From an uncultured delta proteobacterium (GTDB lineage: Bacteria; Desulfobacterota; RBG-13-43-22): DNA of 64,000 nucleotides. Location: positions 320,001-384,000 of the forward strand of contig CAVQFQ010000017.1 of the NCBI GenBank assembly GCA_963711835.1, in the 5' to 3' direction. Below the pieces are notes generated by a model that saw nothing but the letters and a program-made list of their open reading frames with translations, was not told the origin of the DNA and searched no databases. Positions 38,321 to 47,991 of this stretch are shown here, piece by piece. A program made the translations under genes and the position numbers. How positions within the stretch are numbered: position 1 is the stretch's first letter; every line of letters begins with the position of its first letter.

Positions 38321-38567
38321 CAGGCTGCCGGCGTTTTGGCGGATAATCCTCGAAATCAAGACCCCGTAAACCCTCTATACTACTAATGTGTATTTTCTCT
38401 AACTTTTATTAAACTTTTTTGTGATAGGTCTTCAACCTGTTTGGATCATTCGAATTTTGGTCATTTGAATTTGTTTCGTATTTCGAATTTCGTGCTTCGG
38501 ATTTGATTGCGGCTTTGCCGCGCTGAGAATGGATAGCTTAAAAATTAGGTAACGTTGGGACAAACTC
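38321..38567. mobile_element. Partial/degenerate copy of the 36172 MITE family
   Basis: 38321-38374 matches the internal arm of copy A; 38536-38567 is a near-perfect inverted copy of 36172-36203. Confidence 0.65.
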
Positions 38568-38574
38568 TAAAGTT

Positions 38575-39206
38575 ATGAACGCTGAAAATTTTTTTAGTCG
38601 GGAAGAAAAGGATAGGTTATAAAAAAAACAACCCGAAAGGTTGAGACCCGAACCATGGGAGAGATCGCGGTCATGGTAGTCGATCGCAGCGATCCTTACC
38701 TGGAGGCTGAAATAGGCGGCGGTGTTCTTCTGGGAAGTCTCCTGAGTATAGCGGTGACCCTATTATTTTTTCATTCCTCCCTCTGGACCTATATCCCCTT
38801 GAGTCTGGTGTTATTCTTTCCCTTTCGCTGGATTATAGCCGGAACCCCCGGTCTCAAAAGGATTTTTATCCTTCCCTTAAAAAAAGAGGAGTCTGTTCGA
38901 AAAAGAGCCCTGCTGGCTTTTTATGAAAAAGGCCTGTACCGGACCCGGCTCAATACAGGGGTCTTGTTTTTCATTTCCTTATTGGAGAAAAAGGTCTGGG
39001 TCCTGGCGGATAAGGGCATTTACGAGAAAATTCAGCAGGAGACCCTGGACCGATTCGCCGATAACGTATCGCAGGGAATCAGACTGGGGCGGGCCTGTGA
39101 GACCTTGTGTCAGGCCATAGAGGAGATGGGGGAACGGCTGGCCGAACATTTTCCCCTAATAGAAGGGGATATAGATGAGTTGCCGGATGAAGTCTTAACC
39201 GAATAA
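38575..39206 (+). CDS. TPM-domain membrane protein (third gene of the lemA operon); apparent frameshift near 38617
   Basis: MNAENFFSREEKDR stops at TAA, while another frame continues IKKTTRKVETRTMGEIAVMVV..TGVLFFIS..ADKGI..ELPD. Confidence 0.75.
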
Positions 39207-39288
39207 ATAAATGATTCATATCTCCCACCCCCCAGAACACCTGTTCACTCGAGTTCAGACCGATTGCTAACCTACCCAACCCACTGCG

Positions 39289-40620
39289 ATGGTGAAGGAT
39301 ACAGAACTTAAAATAAAATCCAAGAAGCGGGTGATCCTGTTTACCCGCTACCCGATTCCGGGAAAGACCAAGACCCGTCTTATCCCTGCCCTGGGGCCGG
39401 AGGGTTCTTGTGATCTGCACCGTCACCTGGTTCATCACCTGCTCCGGATGCTTAAGCCTTATACGGATTCAAGCCAGATTTCCCTGGAAATTCGTTTCGA
39501 AGGGGGGACCTGTTCCCTGATGGAACAATGGCTGGGAGTCGGTCTTTCGTATGTCCCCCAGGGAGAGGGTGATTTGGGTCTGCGCATGGAGCGGGCTTTT
39601 GATGAGGCTTTTAACAAAGGCGATGAACGGGTGGTCCTGATCGGCAGTGATTGTCCGGCCCTGACCGGAAGGCAATTGGATGAAGCCCTGGCCGGGCTCA
39701 ACCAGAAGGATCTCGTCCTGGGTCCGGCCCAAGATGGAGGCTATTATCTTGTCGGCCTGCGACACCGGGCGCCGGGCTTATTTCAGAATAGGCCCTGGGG
39801 GACCGATCAGGTGCTGACAGAAACCCGGCAGGCGGCTGAAAGACAGGGCCTGAAGATCCTCTTATTGGAAAGCCTTTCGGATGTGGATCGCCCTGAGGAT
39901 CTTTCTTGCTGCCCAAAGACCTTTTTCTCCCGGACAGCCCCGCAGGCGGAGATGTCAATTATCATCCCGGCCTTGAATGAAGAGGTTTTTCTCGACGACA
40001 CCCTGGCCGGCATTCCCAAGGACCCGGACCTGGAAGTGATCGTCGTTGACGGCGGCAGCCGGGATAGGACCAGGGAACTGGCCTCGGCAGCCGGAGCCGG
40101 TCTCATTTCAAGCCTGCCGGGACGGGCCAGACAGATGAACACAGGGGCCAGGGCGGCCCGGGGCAGGGTCCTGCTTTTCCTTCATGCCGATACCCGGCTG
40201 CCTCAGGGATTCCGGGATCATGTCGGCCGGGTGCTGTCCGGTCCGGGGGTGGCGGCCGGGGCCTTTCAATTATCCATTACCCCCTCTCTTCCGGGTTTGA
40301 AAACCATTGAGCGCTTGGCCAACTGGCGCTCCAAGGTCCTCCAGTTGCCGTATGGGGACCAAGCCCTGTTCCTGGAGGCAGCTCTATTTCACAGTCTTGG
40401 AGGATACGCCGAATTGCCTATCATGGAGGACCTGGACCTGATTCAACGGCTGCGCCGATGCGGCCGTATTGCCATAGCCCCGATTCCCGTTGTTTCATCG
40501 TCCCGCCGCTGGCAGGCTGAGGGGATCTGGAAAAGGACCTGGAAAAATCAGGTGATCCTGATCGGTTATTTTGGGGGAGTTTCCACCGGCCGTTTGGCCC
40601 GCTGGTATCACCGAAAATAG
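39289..40620 (+). CDS. Fused glycosyltransferases (TIGR04282/DUF2064-like + TIGR04283/GT2-like)
   Basis: N-half: PGKTKTRL, QGEGDLGLRM, IGSDCP, LGPAQDGGYYL, DVDRPED. C-half: IIPALNEE, VDGGS, GRARQMN, FLHADT, YGDQ, MED. Confidence 0.85.
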   Translation: MVKDTELKIKSKKRVILFTRYPIPGKTKTRLIPALGPEGSCDLHRHLVHHLLRMLKPYTDSSQISLEIRFEGGTCSLMEQWLGVGLSYVPQGEGDLGLRMERAFDEAFNKGDERVVLIGSDCPALTGRQLDEALAGLNQKDLVLGPAQDGGYYLVGLRHRAPGLFQNRPWGTDQVLTETRQAAERQGLKILLLESLSDVDRPEDLSCCPKTFFSRTAPQAEMSIIIPALNEEVFLDDTLAGIPKDPDLEVIVVDGGSRDRTRELASAAGAGLISSLPGRARQMNTGARAARGRVLLFLHADTRLPQGFRDHVGRVLSGPGVAAGAFQLSITPSLPGLKTIERLANWRSKVLQLPYGDQALFLEAALFHSLGGYAELPIMEDLDLIQRLRRCGRIAIAPIPVVSSSRRWQAEGIWKRTWKNQVILIGYFGGVSTGRLARWYHRK

Positions 40621-40747
40621 ACCGGCCATTTCTTTAGAAAACAACGATCTGCCTATCGATCCCAGGTTGAACCGTAATGCCCGTAATAAGCCTTTTTTGA
40701 ATGGAGATTGCATTTTCTTCCCGATGAATTATAATAATAAAACTTTT

Positions 40748-41140
40748 GGGATAGTCCCAAAGTTACGTGATTCTCAAACCGAAGGAGTAGCCTCTTAAAA
40801 TATTAAGTTACCCCAAAGGGCTTCAGGGGTCTTGATTGCAAGGATTGTCCGCCAAAACGCCGGCAGTCTGAACCCGGGCAGGAAGTTTATAATGGGGTTT
40901 AGAAACAGGCCGACACCAAAGTCCCGCCTTTGGCGGGATGAATGCTTGGCTCCCAACCAACTTAGTCCGCCGCGGCGGACGGGCCGGGTTCTTCGCATCC
41001 AAAACAATGCTCAGTCCCACTCCTGCGGAGTGGATCCCAGTTTGGGGCTACGGATTACCGTTCGGACAACCTTGCAATCAAGACCCCTGAAGCCCTCAGC
41101 GAATGGTTGCTTAAAAATCACGTGACCTTGGGACAGCCTC
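40748..41140. mobile_element. About 390-bp MITE-like element, copy B (inverted relative to copy A, with internal insertions)
   Basis: Same terminal and inner IRs as 36172-36502 and the shared core CTGAACCCGGGCAGGAAGTTTATAATGGGGTTTAGAAACAGGCC. Confidence 0.8.
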
Positions 41141-41168
41141 AAACTTTTTGATTCAGAAAGGACACGCC

Positions 41169-41417
41169 ATGCCGCCCGTCAAAATGTATACTTTAAGTAC
41201 CTGCAGCCACTGTAGAAATACAAAAAAATTTTTGAATGACTGCGGGGTGGCCTATGATTTTGTGGATGTGGACCTCCTCCAGGGAGAGGAACGGGCCGCC
41301 ATGATCGAAGAGGTCAAAAAATATAATCCCAATTGTTCTTTTCCCACTCTGCTGATCGGAGATAAAGTCATCGTCGGCCACCGGGAAGACGAAATCAAGG
41401 AGGCCCTGGGTCTATGA
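41169..41417 (+). CDS. Glutaredoxin-like protein (NrdH/Grx)
   Basis: YTLSTCSHC and SFPTLLIG; ATGA overlap with the next gene. Confidence 0.88.
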   Translation: MPPVKMYTLSTCSHCRNTKKFLNDCGVAYDFVDVDLLQGEERAAMIEEVKKYNPNCSFPTLLIGDKVIVGHREDEIKEALGL

Positions 41418-41749
41418 ACGAGGTGGAACAACTCCAGGCCATGCTGAAGAAAGTCCAGGAACCCAAGGGCTATTTTTTCAACCAGGATAGAGAAAGGGTT
41501 ATTGATCTCCTGGCCGCTCTCCTGGAAAATAAAAGGCGCTACGGATATATGTGCTGTCCCTGCCGTCTGGCCTCCGGAGACAGAAAACTGGATGAAGACA
41601 TCATCTGCCCCTGCCGCTACCGGGAGGAAGATGTAAAGGAATATGGGAGTTGTTACTGTAATCTTTATGTATCTCAGGATTGGAATCAGGGCCGGACAGC
41701 CCATGTCTATGTCCCGGAGCGGCGGCCTTTATCCAAACTGCCCTATTGA
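41414..41749 (+). CDS. Ferredoxin:thioredoxin reductase catalytic subunit-like protein
   Basis: CPCR..CPC..CYC motifs. Confidence 0.9.
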   Translation: MNEVEQLQAMLKKVQEPKGYFFNQDRERVIDLLAALLENKRRYGYMCCPCRLASGDRKLDEDIICPCRYREEDVKEYGSCYCNLYVSQDWNQGRTAHVYVPERRPLSKLPY

Positions 41750-41934
41750 GGAGGTCCTCTATCAAAGGTCCAACCGGCGGCAACCGAGAATTTTTTCAAC
41801 ATACCTTTACAAAGATAGCCCGAATGCTTAGTATAAAAATGCTAATTAGAAAGGGAGGTTAGCTTTTTTATTAGATCAGGAACCGGTAAGGATTCGTTGA
41901 AAAGAAAAAGCGATCCTGCCCGCTGTCCCGGTCA

Positions 41935-42192
41935 ACCTCGAAGTTGCATAAAAATTGATCGATAAAGGGTTTTTTCTAAATTAAAACGGTGTGTCCTAAC
42001 GATTTCAGAGTTGAGATCGAAATTCACTCCAGGTGAGGTTTGGCGTCCTAAAAAGTATCGATCAATTTTTACCCTTCGGGAAAGTCTGGGAAGCCGCATC
42101 TCCTTTGTTGTCCAGGGCTCGCGGTATGCATATACAGCTTCGCCCTGGACGCCTCGGATCTGCAACTTCCGAAACTTTTGCAACATCGAGGT
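41935..42192. mobile_element. 258-bp structured MITE-like element upstream of iscU
   Basis: 13/14 terminal IR ACCTCGA(A/T)GTTGCA; perfect internal 16-bp IR at 41949-41964 / 42056-42071; GTCCAGGGC/GCCCTGGAC stem. Confidence 0.6.
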
Positions 42193-42238
42193 CAAGAGGA
42201 TTTCAGGGGATCATCAATTTTATTCGGAGGAGGCGACC

Positions 42239-42760
42239 ATGTATTCCAGCACCGTAATGGATCATTTTAAGAACCCTCGCAATGTGGGGGAAATTGAGAA
42301 GGCCGATGGGATCGGGGAAGTGGGAAATCCTCTCTGCGGGGATATGATGACCATTTACCTCAAGATCGAAGAGGAAAAAATCAAGGATATAAAATTCAAA
42401 ACCTTCGGCTGCGGAGCCGCCATTGCCGTTTCCAGCATGTTGACTGAAATGGCCAAGGGAAAAACCCTGGATGACGCCAAGAAGATTACCAACAAATCGG
42501 TGGCCGAAGCCCTGGAGGGATTGCCCAAAAACAAGCTCCATTGCTCCAACTTGGGGGCCGACGCCTTACATATGGCGATTCAGGATTATGAAGACAAAAA
42601 AGCCGGCATTGTCAGGCCTAAACCCAAAAGGGAAGATAAGCTTGAGCATATCCATGTTCACAAAGAGGGTGAGAAGTGTTATTGTCCCTACTGTAATATA
42701 GAGGTCACGGAACAATCGGCCGTATGTGTCGGATGCGGCGCCACCTTAAAGCCGGCCTAA
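42239..42760 (+). CDS. iscU: Fe-S cluster scaffold IscU/NifU-N with a C-terminal zinc-ribbon-like motif
   Basis: YSSTVMDHFKNPRNVG, GNPLCGD, FGCGAAIA, KLHCS; tail CPYC..CVGCG; GGAGG before ATG 42239. Confidence 0.92.
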   Translation: MYSSTVMDHFKNPRNVGEIEKADGIGEVGNPLCGDMMTIYLKIEEEKIKDIKFKTFGCGAAIAVSSMLTEMAKGKTLDDAKKITNKSVAEALEGLPKNKLHCSNLGADALHMAIQDYEDKKAGIVRPKPKREDKLEHIHVHKEGEKCYCPYCNIEVTEQSAVCVGCGATLKPA

Positions 42761-42785
42761 CCTGATCGGCCGAGGAAACGGAATA

Positions 42786-43958
42786 ATGAAGATGATCAAC
42801 TTAGATTATATTTCAGCCAATCCCCTCCTGCCCGAAGTCCAGGAAGCCATGATCGAGGCCATCCGGAACAATTACGGAAATCCCTCCAGCCCTCACCAGG
42901 TAGGGGACTTGGCGGCCGAAGCCCTTGAAAAGGCCCGTGCTTCCGTAGCCTGTTTACTAAACTGCCCAGAATCCAAGGAGATCGTTTTTACCTCGGGGGG
43001 TACGGAAGCGATCAATCAGGCCGTCAAGGGAGTCGCCTTGGCCAACGCCAAAAAGGGAAAGCATATCGTCACCTCCAACATCGAACACAATGCCGTGCTG
43101 CGTACGCTGCGCCGCCTGCGAATGATGGACTATAAAGTTTCCTCGGTGGAAGTGGATCAAAACGGGCGGGTAAATCCGGCTGATGTGGCCAAGGCTATTA
43201 CCGACCAGACCATTCTGGTGACCATTATGCACAGTAATAATGAAATCGGCACCATCCAGCCCATCGAGGAAATCGCCCAAATCACCCGCGAGAAAAAAAT
43301 TCCCCTGCATTGTGACGGCGTGACTTCCGTGGGGGTGGTTCCCATGGATGTTCAAAAGCTGGGGGTGGATCTGCTCAGTTTTTCAGCCAACCAGTTCTAT
43401 GGTCCTTCCGGGGTCGGGGCCCTTTATATAAGGCAAGGCACGGTTCTCTGGCCTCTGCTGGATGGGGGGGTCCAGGAAAATAATAAACGGGCCGGGACCG
43501 AAAATCTGATCGGGATCATCGGCCTGGGGGTGGCCGCCGATTTGGCGGTCCGTGACCTGGAGATCCGCACCCGGCAGACCCTTAAGCTGAAGAAGAAATT
43601 GATTCAGGGCTTAACCGAAAAAGTTGAAGATATCTTTATCAATGGGCACCCGGACCTTTCGTTGCCCAATCTGGTATCCGTTTCCATAAAATATATCGAA
43701 GGGGAAGGGATTGTCCTAATGCTGGACGAGGAAAAAATCCTGGTTTCCACCCGTTCGGCCTGTGCGGCCGGGGCCCTGCAGGCCTCACATGTATTGCTGG
43801 CTATCGGAAGAGAGTTTGCCGACGCCCAGGGAACCCTGGTCATTACCTTCGGCCAGGAGACCTCCGAGGCCGATATCGATCGTTTTCTGGACGTCTTAAA
43901 AACGGTGGTCCAGACCTTGCGGGAAATGTCCCCGCTTTACAAAAAAGGGACCAAATAA
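42786..43958 (+). CDS. iscS: IscS/NifS-family protein lacking the PLP-binding lysine
   Basis: GNPSS, FTSGGTEA, IEHNAV, NNEIGTIQP, RAGTEN and SAC are present, but SANQFYGP replaces SAHKFYGP. Confidence 0.88.
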   Translation: MKMINLDYISANPLLPEVQEAMIEAIRNNYGNPSSPHQVGDLAAEALEKARASVACLLNCPESKEIVFTSGGTEAINQAVKGVALANAKKGKHIVTSNIEHNAVLRTLRRLRMMDYKVSSVEVDQNGRVNPADVAKAITDQTILVTIMHSNNEIGTIQPIEEIAQITREKKIPLHCDGVTSVGVVPMDVQKLGVDLLSFSANQFYGPSGVGALYIRQGTVLWPLLDGGVQENNKRAGTENLIGIIGLGVAADLAVRDLEIRTRQTLKLKKKLIQGLTEKVEDIFINGHPDLSLPNLVSVSIKYIEGEGIVLMLDEEKILVSTRSACAAGALQASHVLLAIGREFADAQGTLVITFGQETSEADIDRFLDVLKTVVQTLREMSPLYKKGTK

Positions 43959-43960
43959 GA

Positions 43961-44098
43961 TTGATGGATTCGTAAAAAGTCACCAAAGCCGTCACCCCGG
44001 CGAAAGCCGGGGTCCAGAACTACGTGAATTTACTGGATTCCCGTTTTCACGGGAATGACGTAAATGGGCTTTCGATGATTTTTTCTGCAACGTTTAGG
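43961..44098. mobile_element. MITE-like element carrying a CGTC-REP pair, with mismatched (chimeric) ends
   Basis: REP pair at 43990-44060. The left 21 bp are identical to 50393-50413; the right end resembles the reverse complement of 52402-52427. Confidence 0.7.
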
Positions 44099-44128
44099 AT
44101 AACATAGGGAAGAAAAGGAGAACGTCAT

Positions 44129-44329
44129 ATGACCCGGGTTAAAATCAAAGGCATGAGCTGTAACCACTGCGTTATGGCCGTGTCCAAAGCTTTAAAAGAA
44201 ATCGAGGGCCTTGAGGAGGTCAACGTGGATCTGGCCAAAGGGGAGGCAACCTTTACCGAAGCGAAGCCGGTTGATCCGCTATTAATCAAGGAACGGATTA
44301 AGAAAGCAGGCTATGAGGTAGCGTCCTGA
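44129..44329 (+). CDS. copZ: CopZ-like heavy-metal chaperone
   Basis: [13 protein letters not shown] motif, AGYEV end. Confidence 0.88.
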   Translation: MTRVKIKGMSCNHCVMAVSKALKEIEGLEEVNVDLAKGEATFTEAKPVDPLLIKERIKKAGYEVAS

Positions 44330-44351
44330 AAGACAACGAAAGGAGAGAAAA

Positions 44352-44510
44352 ATGGATCGATATATTTGTTCGGTTTGCGGCTATATTTACGATCCGGCCA
44401 ACGGGGATCCCGACAGCGGGATAAAGGCCGGGACCCGATTCGAGGACCTGCCTGAGGATTGGACCTGCCCAATCTGCGGGGCTACCAAAGATAAGTTTGA
44501 AAAGGAATAA
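44352..44510 (+). CDS. Rubredoxin (52 aa, not in the ORF track)
   Basis: Hand translation: [52 protein letters not shown]; AGGAG RBS. Confidence 0.95.
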   Translation: MDRYICSVCGYIYDPANGDPDSGIKAGTRFEDLPEDWTCPICGATKDKFEKE

Positions 44511-44538
44511 AGGGGACCAGGCCGAGGCTAAACGCATC

Positions 44539-45636
44539 ATGAAAAAAAAAGGCCATTCCCCTGAGTCCGATCGCGAATGGGTGATCCTCAAGGGGGCTAT
44601 TGAAAATACCAATGAAGGCTTCGTCACCATCGGCGAAGACCATAAGGTGATCATTTTTAATAAAGCCGCCGAGAAGATCTTCGGAGTCAGCCGCGAGGAA
44701 GTGCTCGGCAGGGATTTGGGCCTCATTTTAACCTCGGAGTGCAATCAGGGACATAAGGAAGCGGTTTCCCGTTATTTGGCCAACCGAAAACCTAAACTGA
44801 TCGGCCATCAAAGCGAGTTCCAGACGGCCCGGCCCAATGGGGAGGTTTTCCCCTTATCCATTTCCTTTTCGGTCTCGGAAGTGTCCGGTAAATTATATTT
44901 CACTGGTCTGATCCAAGACTTGACCGAGACCAAGGCCCTTCAGGAACAGGTGGCCCGATCGGAGCGACTGGCTGCTGTGGGTCAACTGGTGGCCGAAATC
45001 ACCCATGAGATCAAAAACCCTTTAGTGATGATCGGAGGATTTGCCCGGCAGTTGATTCGAAGCATCCCGGATGAAAAAAGCCAATCCAAGCTGAAGGTCA
45101 TCGCCGAGGAGGTCCAGCGCCTGGAAAAATTGATCCTGGAACTCCGGGAGGTTTACCGGCCCAAGAGCCTTGCTTTTGAACCTTTGAACCTTATGCAGTT
45201 GTTGGAAGAGGTCTATTTCCTTTCCAGAGAGGATTGTGAAAAAGGGAATATCCAGATCCGGCTGTTGAAAATGAAGCGGCCTATTCGAATTGAAGGAGAC
45301 CCGGAGAAGTTGAAACAGGTCTTTTTGAATTTAATCCGCAACGCCATGGAAGCCATGGAAAAAGGCGGCAGTCTGATTATCAAACCCAAGGTGGTTAAAG
45401 ACAAGGTGGAGATCTTCATCGAGGATACCGGTCCGGGTATTTCTCAAAAGGACCAGGAAAAGCTATTCACCCCGTTCTTTACGACCAAAAGCAAAGGAAC
45501 CGGCCTGGGACTTTGCGTCTCCAAGAGGATTATCGAAGACCACCCGGGCAGCACCCTGCGCCTGGACAGCGTGGAGGGCAAAGGGACCGTCGTCAAAATC
45601 ACCCTGCCTCTTTACCAAAAGGCAAAAAAGGCTTAA
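44539..45636 (+). CDS. PAS-domain sensor histidine kinase
   Basis: FNKAAEKIFG PAS motif, HEIKNPL, NLIRNA, DTGPG and GTGLGL. Confidence 0.9.
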   Translation: MKKKGHSPESDREWVILKGAIENTNEGFVTIGEDHKVIIFNKAAEKIFGVSREEVLGRDLGLILTSECNQGHKEAVSRYLANRKPKLIGHQSEFQTARPNGEVFPLSISFSVSEVSGKLYFTGLIQDLTETKALQEQVARSERLAAVGQLVAEITHEIKNPLVMIGGFARQLIRSIPDEKSQSKLKVIAEEVQRLEKLILELREVYRPKSLAFEPLNLMQLLEEVYFLSREDCEKGNIQIRLLKMKRPIRIEGDPEKLKQVFLNLIRNAMEAMEKGGSLIIKPKVVKDKVEIFIEDTGPGISQKDQEKLFTPFFTTKSKGTGLGLCVSKRIIEDHPGSTLRLDSVEGKGTVVKITLPLYQKAKKA

Positions 45637-45690
45637 GAAAGCCTCCCGGCCCGGGACGAGAAAAAAATAGTAAGGGATGAGGTGTAACCA

Positions 45691-46878
45691 ATGAAACCGG
45701 TAGAAGTCAGTAAAGATATTTATTGGGTGGGAGTCGTTGACTGGAATATTCGCGATTTTCATGGCTATGCCACCCCGATGGGCTCGACCTATAATGCCTA
45801 TCTGATCCTGGATGACAAAGTCACCTTGATTGATACGGTCAAGAAGGAATTTGCCGATCAGTTACTCGAACAGATCAGTGCGATTATTGATCCGAAAAAA
45901 ATCGACACTGTCATCAGCAATCACACCGAGATGGATCATTCCGGTGGGTTGCCTCGGGTTATGCATAAGATCGGGGAGGATAAACCCCTTTATTGTTCCA
46001 AAGTAGGGCAGAAAAATCTGTCCCTCCATTTCAGGGAAAAATGGAATTACCGACCGGTGGAAAGCGGCGGAGAATTAAGCCTGGGGAAAAAGACCTTAAC
46101 CTTTCTGGAAACCCGGATGCTCCACTGGCCGGACAGCATGTTTACCTATGTCAAGGAAGACCAGCTTCTTTTTTCCAGCGATGCTTTCGGCCAGCATTAT
46201 GCCGGTCTGGAACGCTTTGACGACCAGGTCGGCGAGGCCATCATGCCTCAGGCCCTGAAATATTTTGCCAATATCCTGTTGCTTTACGCTCCTTTGGTTC
46301 TTCAGTTGGTGGAAAAGGTGGCCCAGATGAAACTGGCCATCAAGACCATTTGTCCCGACCACGGGATCATCTGGAGAAAAGATCCGGGGAAAATTATTCA
46401 GGCCTACGTGGACTGGAGCACTCAAAAACCCAAAAAGAAGGCCGTGGTGGTCTATGATACCATGTGGCACAGCACCCAAAAAATGGCCGAGTCCATAGTG
46501 GACGGCCTGGCCAAAGAAGGGATCGAGGCCAGGCCCATGCACCTCCGGACCAACCATCGCAGCGACATTATAACCGAAATCCTGGATGCCGGGGCCGTCG
46601 TGGTCGGTTCTCCCACCTTAAACAACGGTCTTTTCCCCACCGTCAGTGACTTCCTGACTTATATGAAAGGCCTGAAGCCGAAAAAGAAAATAGCCGCGGC
46701 CTTTGGTTCATTTGGCTGGAGCGGGGAGGCCGTCAAGCTGATCAACAAAGAACTGGAAGAGATGAAATTCGACCTGATTGATCCTGGCCTGAAGATTCAA
46801 TTCGTACCCGATTCGGATGGCCTGGAAGCGGCTTTTCAATTGGGTTGCAAAATCGGGCAGGCCCTTCATAAAAATTGA
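45691..46878 (+). CDS. fprA: Flavodiiron protein (rubredoxin:oxygen/NO oxidoreductase)
   Basis: NHTEMDH, LHWPDS, SSDAFG, PDHG and flavodoxin domain (GSFGWSG). Confidence 0.93.
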   Translation: MKPVEVSKDIYWVGVVDWNIRDFHGYATPMGSTYNAYLILDDKVTLIDTVKKEFADQLLEQISAIIDPKKIDTVISNHTEMDHSGGLPRVMHKIGEDKPLYCSKVGQKNLSLHFREKWNYRPVESGGELSLGKKTLTFLETRMLHWPDSMFTYVKEDQLLFSSDAFGQHYAGLERFDDQVGEAIMPQALKYFANILLLYAPLVLQLVEKVAQMKLAIKTICPDHGIIWRKDPGKIIQAYVDWSTQKPKKKAVVVYDTMWHSTQKMAESIVDGLAKEGIEARPMHLRTNHRSDIITEILDAGAVVVGSPTLNNGLFPTVSDFLTYMKGLKPKKKIAAAFGSFGWSGEAVKLINKELEEMKFDLIDPGLKIQFVPDSDGLEAAFQLGCKIGQALHKN

Positions 46879-47002
46879 TAGGATTCCCTCTCCCGACGAG
46901 GCAGAACGGATCCGCCTAAGCGGCTCGGCCTGAGTTCACCGGCAAGTGCCGCAGATAGATCTGATGGCCGGCTGGCTTGGGAGGGGAAGCGAGGGGAAAG
47001 TT

Positions 47003-47980
47003 ATGACAGGGAGCGGCATCAGGACCGGTTTCGCTGCTTCAATTTTGTTTTTTTTGGTCTTTCCTTTTTTCCAGGTAGGGTCGGAAGCCCTTTCCCAGGA
47101 AAAAAGGGACGCGGTTTACCGCAAGGTCTTTGACCTTGATCTGCCCTATGGCCAAGGCCCAGGCGCCCTGGGACTCCAGGACCGGCTCGACCAGCCGCCT
47201 CGAGGGCCGGAGTCCTTCAGCTCCGATGCCGAGGGCAATCTTTACCTTTGCGATACCGTTAATCGAAAGATAAGCATCTGGTCACCCCTCCGAAGATTCT
47301 TCACTGAAATTCTCCTACCGACCGATATAAGCCCCAATGATATTGTTCTCGACAGCCGGGGACGGCTTTATATTTTTGACGACCATAATGGAAAACTTTA
47401 CCAGCTCGATAAGTCGGGCAGTATTTTAAAAACCGTAGCGGTAGATCATACCCGCCGCTGGAGCCGGGGTCCGATTCATATTGTGGGAGATCTGATTTAT
47501 ATGGCCGGCGGCGATCAGGAGGACATCCTGATCGGAAAAATTGAAACCGGGATGCTGAAGGAATTGGCTGCCGCAGTCCCTTCCGCCATACCCGGCCGAG
47601 GTATCCATGGGGCCAGCGGCAGGCGGTATTTCCTGCGTCTGATCAAAGGGAAGGGGGCGACCGTTGAAATAGTCCAGCCGAGCGGTGTCTTGGTTCAGTC
47701 TTTGGAGTTGGCCCAGCCCAAGTTGCTGACCATCCAATTTTTAGGAGAGGATCAGAAGGAGAATTTTTATCTTCAGACCGAGTCCTTAGAAAATGAAGCT
47801 CTCATTCTGGAGGTTCAAAAATTTAATGCCCGAGGGGACTATCTGACTTCTATCCGGATTCCCGAAAATAACTACCAGCTCTGGTCCGTGAAGCTTCTTG
47901 CGGTAGACGAAAAAGGAACGGTTCATCAATTTTTGCCCACCCGGGACAAGGGCAAGCTAACGAGCTTCGGCTCCGAATAG
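47003..47980 (+). CDS. Secreted beta-propeller-like (NHL-type) protein
   Basis: Signal peptide; repeats GPESF..GNLYLCD and PNDIVLD..GRLYIFD. Confidence 0.6.
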   Translation: MTGSGIRTGFAASILFFLVFPFFQVGSEALSQEKRDAVYRKVFDLDLPYGQGPGALGLQDRLDQPPRGPESFSSDAEGNLYLCDTVNRKISIWSPLRRFFTEILLPTDISPNDIVLDSRGRLYIFDDHNGKLYQLDKSGSILKTVAVDHTRRWSRGPIHIVGDLIYMAGGDQEDILIGKIETGMLKELAAAVPSAIPGRGIHGASGRRYFLRLIKGKGATVEIVQPSGVLVQSLELAQPKLLTIQFLGEDQKENFYLQTESLENEALILEVQKFNARGDYLTSIRIPENNYQLWSVKLLAVDEKGTVHQFLPTRDKGKLTSFGSE

Positions 47981-47991
47981 GTTATCAATAG

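Noticed and set aside
36198-41125. Similar short ORFs 36198..36419 and 40832..41125 (RIVRQN..GFRNRPTPK) as a peptide family
   Set aside because: The similarity is explained by the shared MITE DNA; the starts are weak and the frames diverge after the internal insertions.
42011-42238. N-terminal extension of IscU in the track
   Set aside because: It runs through a palindromic element; ATG 42239 has a GGAGG RBS and the canonical MYS start.
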